A DNA stretch of 58,625 bases, counting the filler, from Sphacelaria rigidula (Eukaryota), in assembly GCA_964200075.2 (NCBI GenBank). It is 7 parts of 7 records of this genome, joined end to end, with 100 filler letters (N's around TTAATTAATTAA, not from the genome) between each part and the next. Parts side by side here need not be neighbours in the genome. Positions count along the whole stretch, not along the records: positions 41,948 to 50,236 come from CAXNAA020011643.1; positions 50,337 to 58,625 come from CAXNAA020011644.1; 5 more parts are not named here. One strand, 5' to 3'. Within the stretch, counting starts at the first letter, position 1, and each line of letters begins with the position of its first letter. Below are positions 49,571 through 58,625 of this stretch, piece after piece. The notes under the pieces were generated by a model. It did no database searches. It was not told the origin of the DNA and worked only from the letters and a program-made list of their open reading frames with translations. A program made the translations under genes and the position numbers.

Positions 49571-50569
49571 CTGCCAGGCGGGTTGCCGTAAAATAAAATA
49601 CACAAAAAAATATGAAAAAAAAAGCGTCGAGGCAGACGGTGGTTAAAGAGTGGCGGTAACTGGTAGACCCGACATTTACACGGTACGGTACGGGTATAGC
49701 TCTCTTCGAGAGTTGTCGTGAGTGCAACAGACAGCACCCATGACTGTGATGCAGTCGATGGACCGACAATCTATCACCGGTAAATGTAATGCATCTCATA
49801 TTAATGCTACTGGTGTGAGAGGAGCAATAGATCGATATAGTAGTCAGCATCAGGAGTTCTCAGAATTCGTATTTTTTGCAGTTTTCGAGTTTTTCTCGAG
49901 TATTATTTTTCATTACTACTTGAAAGTGCTAGCGCCGGTAGATTCAAGGGGAAAGCGTAGGCCGCGCTCAAACTGCAGAGCCCAAGTTGGTGTTGAGGGG
50001 GCGATACGGACTAGATACCCTGTTCATCAGCAGGGTGTCATTGAACGTTTTTGGTCCAATAAAAGCAGTTTTCCGGCTCTTCCGCAACGAAACGGTAAAT
50101 ATTTAGATGAATGAATTTGTATACAATTATTCACAACAACGATCGAGATCGTGTTTCCCTCCTACATCGGAATAATTATTACTCATGGGAAGCTATCTCT
50201 CCTACTGTACCGAGCTGTCCACGCGACCACCGTGTGNNNNNNNNNNNNNNNNNNNNNNNNNNNNNNNNNNNNNNNNNNNNTTAATTAATTAANNNNNNNN
50301 NNNNNNNNNNNNNNNNNNNNNNNNNNNNNNNNNNNNACAAAGCGCCGTGCTCTTGTGCACACGCAGAAAAAAACAGAACGGAAAACGGTTAATATTTCGC
50401 GGAGATATGAACAATTAAAAAAAACTTGTATCTTAATTGGTACATTTCCCTCCAGTAAAAGGTCCTAAAACAGGTGAAAATAAAACGAAGATGAAGCTTT
50501 GCCACTTTTTTTGCTTCATTATGGCCTAGCGAGGTCCCACACAAAGATTCAAAAGACAGGCACGAAACC

Positions 50570-50944
50570 TTGGCCGATAAATAGCCGGTAAATACTGTTC
50601 CGAATTTTGCCCGGCCCGGTTCCTAAATCGCCCCCGTCTAACCTCAATTTTGAGAGTTGGACGTTCAAAATTGATGCGGAAGAAAAATAGAGTTCGCTAA
50701 AACTAAATGGAAAATGGTACTCTTTTTTTTTTTTTCCTCTTCGTGAGTTGACGGCATTTTCCTGATAACTAGGGGCTGATTATTGCCACTAACTCACGAA
50801 AACAAGAACAAACTGGTGTCCTGATCGACTTTTTTCTAGCATGCCCTATTTTTTCTCCGTACCAAATTTGAAAGTCCAACTGTCAAAATTGAGGTGAGGC
50901 GGGGTCTGCAAACCACAAATTCGCGTCTAGGCCGGCCCAGCTCG
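50570..50944 (-). mobile_element. Hairpin element copy 3 (reverse orientation)
   Basis: Arms ~50632-50756 and 50784-50904. Both flanks match copy 1 in reverse complement (TGCAAAC...GCCCAGCTCG and AAATACTGTTCCGAATT). Confidence 0.65.
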
Positions 50945-51442
50945 CACCACTTTTCTGTTTTGTTCACTTTCCTTCAGCGAGTGTTTCCATTTTGTTTTCA
51001 TCTCGGGTACGTACGTCTATCTTGTGGATAATTACCACGCCTGGATCATGACTACCTGGGGGTTCAGTCAAATTGTGCGACAACAGATGAATCAAAATCA
51101 ATCAAGGACGTAACGTACACGAAGGTACACCTTTTCTAGACCAACGCTCGAGAAAAGTGCAGTGAATATGTACCCTTACAAGAAAATTGAAGATTAATAA
51201 CATTAGTATACGAGAAGGCCCAAGGGCATACTTGTTCTCATTAAAAAAACAAGAACAAAATAATAAACAAACGAACGCCTCTACTGGAGAGGGAAGTGAA
51301 CGCACGAGTAGAGTTCTTCACTATGAGGCATCACGCAATGCACGGACCACTTGATCGACGTGTTAACGCCCTTTTGTGCCTAACGCCATGCTGTTGTTCT
51401 TGGGGCGGGCGGGGCGGGGCGGGGGGGGGCGGGAGTGAACAG

Positions 51443-51547
51443 GTGTGGTTCGAGGGCAGCTTCGCGGAGTACGAGCAGGACTTGCGGAAAAGAAACGGCG
51501 GAAACGAGCCGAAGCGGCCGAAATTCCGACCGTTACCGACGGTATAA
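51443..51547 (+). CDS. ettA: Last exon of an EttA/ChvD-like ABC-F ATPase
   Basis: After AACAG| the frame reads VWFEGSFAEYEQDLRKRNGGNEPKRPKFRPLPTV*, matching the EttA (YjjK) C-terminal pattern FFEGNF.EYE...EPKRIKY. Recognised from memory, not by database search. Confidence 0.7.
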   Translation: MWFEGSFAEYEQDLRKRNGGNEPKRPKFRPLPTV

Positions 51548-54500
51548 TTTTTGTTTGTCCATCGGGCATACACCGAGCGCTGACGGATGCACACGAGCGG
51601 TCAACGTATACGCGGCGGGAAATTGTAACCAACGAGTGTGTTGAGATACCGATTGACTGCTGAGCTAGTCAGCCAGCGCTGGCTGATTTCTCAACAGAGT
51701 GCACGCCTCTGATCTCGCGACGAGGGCATGTCAATGCTTGCAGGCTGGGGGTAGGCTCGATAAAGCTCGAGACATGATCACTTACACTACACTACCGCCG
51801 ATATGTCGTCTAGTCAACTCGGCCGAACGAAGTACAACCGATACAAGACAATCACTTGTTTTGCCTGGAATAAACTTGGTACATATATTGCAAGGAGTAT
51901 ATATTTACTTTCATTTATGTCGTGCTACGTTAGTGGTGGGTGCAAAAGGTTTTTCTGGGCCGGCGTACTGTAGATGGATATAGACTCTTGCGCACTCGCA
52001 GCAGTAGAGCAGTTGGGACAAAGTTGCGTCTGAACACGCGGCGATCCTTTGCCAGGCAAACGTTACAAATTGTGGAAAATGTCACTTGCGTTGTTTCACA
52101 ACGTGGAATTACCTCCGCTCCATGCCTCCGTCGCTCTTCCCGTGGCACGACTATCACGTAGTCGCTGTTTTCGGGTCTTGTCGTCACTACCCGTAGCGAG
52201 GTCACCTGACAACGGGTAGCTAGCTTCGTTGTAGGTTTTATTACCACGACGGCGAAGATGGTGGGATCATTGTTGGAGGGTGCGTCGACAAAATTGAGTC
52301 ACCACTCGACGTCATGTCACTCAAAGAGAGGCGTTGAATCTCCCACGTCGACATATCACTCAGTAGGAATGTGTCTAAACGAGTTCGGCCCGGTTTCCAC
52401 CGTTTGTTGTCTGTGAAAAGTGCGCTGTACCAGCTTCATCTGCAGTAGGTGTCACGTTCGTATAGAAAATAGAGGAAAAATGGAGAAAGACCATGCAGAG
52501 TGAAGTTATCCTCCAATTGTCCGTGGCCGCGTGCGGTTACGATCATCAGGTGGAACCAGGTGTTGCGTGGAAGCTGTGCTTACCAGCTTCTCGCTGATGG
52601 TCCATCGTAGTAGCGGTGACATTGTGTCGAAAATATGGGCGAAAAGTTCAATATTTTCATGTTCTGATGGGCCATTGTGTTCTGGGGACGGGGTACAAAC
52701 CATGTCGCGTCGACCAAAATATGCGTTTGCATTGGGAAGCCCGTGACAGGGGGGTTCCATTCGCACATAATATGTTCCTGACATTTATCACGACACCGAC
52801 GACAGCAGCAGCGTACGCAGCACACCGCGCAATTTTGTTTTGGTCGGGCATAGTACAGAGCGAAGTATTCGATTGGAGCGAGCGAGCTGGCGCTGTGCCA
52901 TCCATGAGAGAAGAACGAATGCATCACTGATCATCATGCATCATCACCCCTCATCACTTGGCGAATCCATCACAATACAAAATAAAATATATTACATTTA
53001 CTTTTCTGTGTACATGACCTGATGCAAACGTACATTGCGGAATATCAGTCCCCTTTTGCTCTTGTCTCGACTGCCTGACCTCATGTATCCCTGAGTGTCT
53101 GACCACGAATAGAAAAATCAAGTGGAGACAGCACGCTTCATGCGAACTACCGAGGGATGGGGCGTAATCTTTCGCCGTGTCTTCTGTATACTGGATCATG
53201 ACACAGTTAATCAAACAAACGAGTATTTCTCCTACTGCGTACAGGGCACCGATGGAGCGATGCTACTGTGGACGCGCCAAAGTACATCGCAAACAGGGTG
53301 CCGGAAACCATCGAAGAAGGTGCATGGCGCGCGTCCATCGTCCAACTTCGTCGCCGACTTTCTTCAAGCGCGACGAGCGATGGAGTCGTCTACTAACGTC
53401 GATACTGTCAAAGACCTAAATCACGACCGATACCGCCCTCCGTTTGTCTCCCGACCGAAAAACATGAAACACCAAACAAATCTATTTCCGAGGTGAAAAT
53501 GCAACACGTGGAACGAAAAAGACCTAAAATAGGCCGCAGCCCTCTAAACAAGTAAGAAGCTTGTGATTGATTCTCGCCACCACGGGGTGACATTTAATTC
53601 CTGGCAAGCCATAGATCCTCCGAGCGATCACCACAGGATTTCACCGAAGCCACGCTCATTTGGTGAGGAAAGTAAGGCGACGCACTTACAGGGACAGGTT
53701 GCGCACGAAGCGGACGTGGGAACCACCAATAAAGTCTAACTCGTTTTCGTCACCAAAACAACGACCGACGGCGTTTGCAAACTTTAGCGGCTACGCAAAC
53801 ATTGCTACAATTTGCAACGGCGAACATTCCGCGTATGATACAAACGGGTAAACTACTATGCGCCGCTTCTATAATATAGACTCCGATAGATGCACTTCTC
53901 ACCCCGCTGCAAGACGAAAAACCGGCCGAGAAAATTTGTGATGAATCTGCCCACGACAAAAGATGTTGATTGCAGCTGTCAAGCAAGCTACTCGCAGCCC
54001 GATAGACTACTGTAACACACTTGGGGCACTACGTTAGGGTTGAGCTGGGCTCGCCACACCTCAGCGTGAGTGAAAGGCATGAGCAAAAAGACCGGCCGGT
54101 GCCTAATGGCAGGCAGTGGATCTAATGGACAAAAACAAGAAAAAACGAAGAACGCGGCAACATCAATAATACATGCCCGTCTAGATGTACCACAAATATA
54201 TAGTACACGAATATCAGAGTACTCCATACGTTTCCCTTACTCCTAACTTTGCAGAGCTAAACCTTGACCACTTTACAGGGGTGGGGTAGCTCCCTCAATG
54301 GGTTCAATGGGGAAACCAACAAACCGAGAGCATTTGAGCAAGATAATCCGCAGACCAATAATCACAGAGGAATTTTTGCTCGCGCACTTTTACATGACGT
54401 CGCGAAACTCCCCGTCCGATGTGACACGGCCCGCGTATCCTAAATAGTAAACTCCTCTCTCCTTCAGTAATATATTTCCGCTGCATGAACGACACCTTTA

Positions 54501-56046
54501 TACATCAATGTACTGAACTATCTCCCCGAGCAGACTTTCCGCCCGCGTTTCCGCGCGGCGCTTCAACTCTCCCTCCACTCCAAATCTCCGAGGGTAAAAG
54601 CAAGCACAAACGGACACAACAAACCGCGTGCTTACAGACCATCAAGAGTTTTCAAAATTGTGCAAGCGTTTCCTCTGACGCGTGCGGGAACAAAGTGCCA
54701 CTCCATCACACACTGGACAACGACAAAAAAAATAAAAGCAGCGGCAAGATTGGAAGACCCCACGACAGAGCTCAACCAGGTATCCGCGAACACAGAGTGC
54801 CATACGTCCCCAACTTTTACGTCGCTGCGGACTTCAACAACGACCTCCACGCTACACGGTTGGAAGGCCTGGTGTTCCCTGGCTTTTCCTCGCATCCTCG
54901 CAAGTCTACTGTACTGTGATTTTCACCATGCGCTAAAAAATATTCAATTTTTCTCCTTTCGTCATCGACGTGTTCCGTGCGCCTTCCGCACGTCTCGACA
55001 AAAAATATCGAACCTGAAGCGCATGACAACATTTCTATATGAAAAATCAAACATAAATTCCGCGTGTTGCGCATTGCCCTACGGTAGTTTATTTGGGACA
55101 AGAAATGACAAGACGAAAACAAAAAGAAACGCAATTTTATCGCGTGCACCGAGCGTTGATGTATCACGCTAGGCGGAAAACAGCACGTATATTCGTCTCA
55201 CATACAAGGGGGAAAACCATTCCAAAAACAGAACGGTGAGGGACGGCCGCTGCTCCGCCCCTTCCTCAACGCACTTCACGGCACCATCCTCTACTACTGC
55301 AAAACCCGTCTTTGTATTTTTTCAGAACCCCGCCATGTAGTAAATTTCATCCACCAAAACCAGTCGTGCTGAGTTGGCTCTATTTCTCCCGCAGGAGGGT
55401 GCTCACGTCGCGGATGTACGGGGCGGGGGAATGAAGGGAGGCAGAGCATGATTGCATCACACACATGTGCGCAATCATTCCCCCCGAGGAATCCGACGTC
55501 ACAGCACACAGCATCCACCTCCGCAGCAAACAAACAACCTCCGTTCCAAATACTCACTTCTACATTTTCATACGTACAAATAACCTCTCGATTCTCCTTC
55601 TTCCGGACTCGACGTTGCCCCCTTGCCCCCTCCCCCCCCCAGATCTTTCCCTCATTGAAAATTCACATTTTCCCAAACTCTTGCGAAAAACTCTGTCGGA
55701 GATGACTCAAGAGAGACACAAAATCTGACCCTTACGTGTTTTTTTTGCTTCACTTCACATTGAATGAAATGTTGCACTCATGGAACACAAGTTTTTCTTG
55801 TCACGTAACCAACATTTCCCTCCACCCCCAGATCGCAACGCAGAGCGACAACGACAACGACAAACGGCCGCCCGCTCCACAAACCCTCTTTTCCCTCCTC
55901 TCGCACACGGAACAATGATATCGACTACGGATACCGAGTGTCGACTGGCACAACACATCAATACTCGCGCGGACGACATCATATCTTCAAAGATACACGC
56001 CCCGTTTTCCCGCAAGGGCCGTGGTATTGTCTGCGCCCCCCTCGAG

Positions 56047-58193
56047 TCAAGACCGGGTGCGAGACGAAGGATCACGCCCGGAAAACTTCCCGATCCGGTT
56101 CCTCAGGCGACGTCTTCTCCTCTTTCGGTCACTCTTCTCCGACACAACACTGTCACCGTCGACACCCTCCTCGCGGCTACCACTCTCCGGCCTGGAAAAC
56201 GGCTTCACCAGTCGCGTGAGCCTCAACACGCCCGCCAAAGCTGCCGCGCTCTCTGCCCTCGACGCTCGCCTGAGCGCGTCCTTCGACTCCGCACGGCTTC
56301 CTGACGTGCAATCGCCCGTCGTTTGATTCGCAGCTTCCCCGCCGACAGAGAGAGTTGACTCCACAGAGGCGGCTACAGAACCCCCCCTTGATATCTCCAT
56401 CCCGCCGCGCTTGCTGATCTCCGCGTCAATATTTTCTAGCTCTTTCCCGCGCAGGCCCGCCAGGTTATCGAAGGCCTCGCTGGTGCAGCAGGATTTCTCC
56501 AGGATGCGAAGGCACACACGTTCCCTTAGCTCGTTCGAGGTCAGGAGAGGATTCTCTTCGCGCACCTGTGCTTCGTACTTAGCCCACAGTTCGTTCCAGG
56601 TCATTCCAGTGACCCTTTTGATGCGGGTGGTGGGGGGGAAAAGGGATCGGGGTGAAGAGAGGGGGGATATTTCCAAGATAAGTGTACAGGAATTAGAGAT
56701 CCGAGAAGGGAGGTGCGAATGGCCGGGTTAGGGCTTGCAGCAGTGGAGCTCCCGTACTGGTTATTCCGAGTATTGAGGTTCGTTGATTGTACAGTGCTGC
56801 TGCGAAACTGTCGATACTAGGAATCGTCGATTCTTTAGGGGTATACGAACGCCGGGTGTACGTGGGCGCTTACATGTGTATCATTAACAAAATTGTGGAT
56901 TTTCGGCGAAAATAGTATCAAGTTACTATTTTCTTTTTCAAAGTCAGTCCGAGCTAACGATCTCGGGGGTACAAAGGGCTCTAATCGTTTTTCGATAACC
57001 GTCCGGTCTGCGGGGTGGTCGGGGCGTTCGGTGATCCAACCCCAAAAGCGGACGGACAAACAGATCTATGACCGTGAGAGCTGCTGCTACGTACTGTGAG
57101 AACTACCGCGGTGACACGTTCTCTGAAGGGCATAAATTCAGCGCGAGGTTAATCATGCTCACGAAAACATTCATACATGCCACCACTTGCACCACGACGC
57201 GACTCGTCAAGCCCGGAGCTCGAGCTTGAGGAGCAACGGACAGGAGGAGATGGAAACGAGTCAACACAAGATTGCGAGCTGGAGCAGTCGTCTGACGAAC
57301 TCCACAGGGGCAAAGGCAGCCAACCCGGTACACAGAAAAGTCCTCTTTACTCGCAACCACACCTACTCGAGTAGCTCGACCTATCCAACCAACGCAAACG
57401 AAGCACGACACCTCCTGGAATTATATCACGGGCGCCATTTACCCTGCAGTCTAACACCAACATAATACCACAACACTTACCTGAACGTCCCGTAGTTCTT
57501 CAGGTGCCGAAGCCCATCATACAGATGCGCCACGACCCTCAGAGGCAGCGAGCATCGCTCCCGCGCGTACAGCCTCGCAGCATGCCGCGCCGTGGAGGCG
57601 AGCCGCGCCTGCTCCTCCAACGTGAGTTCTCCCTCACCAAAAACACTCCACGCGATGTCTCCCGTCGCGCCCTGCCCATCCTCTCCTGCATACCCCTCCC
57701 CCGTGCCTCTCTCCGAATCAGAGTCGTTTTTGTCACGATCCAAACGCTGTTTAGCGAGAGCCTCAAGCTTGATGCTCACGGGTAACAGCTCCTTGTAAAA
57801 TATGCGGGTCTCGCGTGCGCTCAGGTCTCCCCAGAAACTTCTTCGCGGGCCGTAGGCCTCGCGGAGGAGGTCGACTGACGGCAGCGCACAGCGCGCGGGG
57901 ATCGCCATAGCCTTGAGGGCAGAATCCGAGTCCTCCGATCCCGAGGCGGCGCGGCCGCGGCCGCGCTTGCGACTGTTTCGGTTATTTTGGCCGGCACTAC
58001 TGCCACCGCCGCGGCGCGACATGATATCCTGTAGGACGCCGCCCGCGGATGCCGAGGGCCAAATGAGGAGCGACGATGGTTGGCCAAGCGTGGCTTGATT
58101 CTTGCTGCAGTGGTCCTCGTTGTTTGCCTTGTGGTTGCCGCTGCTTCCCAGCGAACGGATGGACGGTAGTGAACTCGCGTCGTTGACTAGCAT
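56047..58193 (-). CDS. Hypothetical protein, two exons (57481-58193 and 56047-56614)
   Basis: Donor TTCAG|GTAAGT and acceptor AAAAG| join in phase 2 (GTFR|VTGMTW). Globular-looking blocks YGPRRSFWGDL, ARLYARERC and ILEKSCCT. Upstream exons may exist. Confidence 0.7.
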
Positions 58194-58625
58194 CTGCGTT
58201 AAGTATATGCCACCAGATATGCGGGAATATCGGGGGGAAGGGGGATTCTATATATTCACTAGATGAAGGGTAACGTGTAGTCGATATTTAGTGTAGAATA
58301 AGGTGACGTGAGACGAGAAGGGGCGTTCTTGTTGCTGCTTCGATGATATTTGTTTTCTTTTCTTTTTTGCGTTACTTTGCTCGAGAGTCTTCCATCCTTC
58401 GACCGCGAGTCTGGAACATGTGAAACGGTTGATGCGATTGCTGAAAAAATGGAGTGATGGACAATTACAATAATGAATCGGGGGCGGCGGGCTCATAGGT
58501 AAGGGTTCATTTTCATACTACAAGCACCAAGTTCAAGTTATTAACCCTCTTGGGACTGAAGCTCACTCACACCACGTTCACGGCGTGTTAGTAAAAAAAT
58601 AATAAACAAGTCTGGGAGCGACCTG

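Noticed and set aside
51930..52930. Possible minus-strand exons
   Set aside because: Some splice-like sites, but I could not build a phase-consistent model or recognise a domain.

Overview
Intron-rich eukaryotic nuclear DNA, most likely from a stramenopile such as a brown alga (inferred from splice signals, repeat types and gene content). The window is not contiguous. It is seven contigs of 8289-8290 bp joined by artificial 100-nt N/TTAATTAATTAA spacers, so nothing should be linked across the gaps. Contig 1 (1-8290) holds a tRNA-Gln(UUG) gene and low-complexity DNA. Contig 2 holds a tRNA-derived SINE and a decayed tyrosine-recombinase (DIRS order, Ngaro-like) retrotransposon whose YR gene is cut by a decayed Ty1/copia element. 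Contig 3 holds a decayed LINE and a 2.4-kb array of nested foldback repeats with a SINE inserted in it. Contig 4 holds a multi-exon gene with 29-aa Pro/Gly repeats and ~120-aa acidic repeats. Contig 5 holds five phase-consistent exons of a NACHT/STAND NTPase gene, including a GC-AG intron. Contig 6 holds two giant exons of an acidic IQ-motif protein. Contig 7 holds the last exon of an EttA-like ABC-F protein and a two-exon hypothetical gene. The most unusual signal is a dispersed element found in three contigs. It carries a ~120-bp-stem hairpin whose arms covary within each copy and whose loop occurs in both orientations relative to the flanks.
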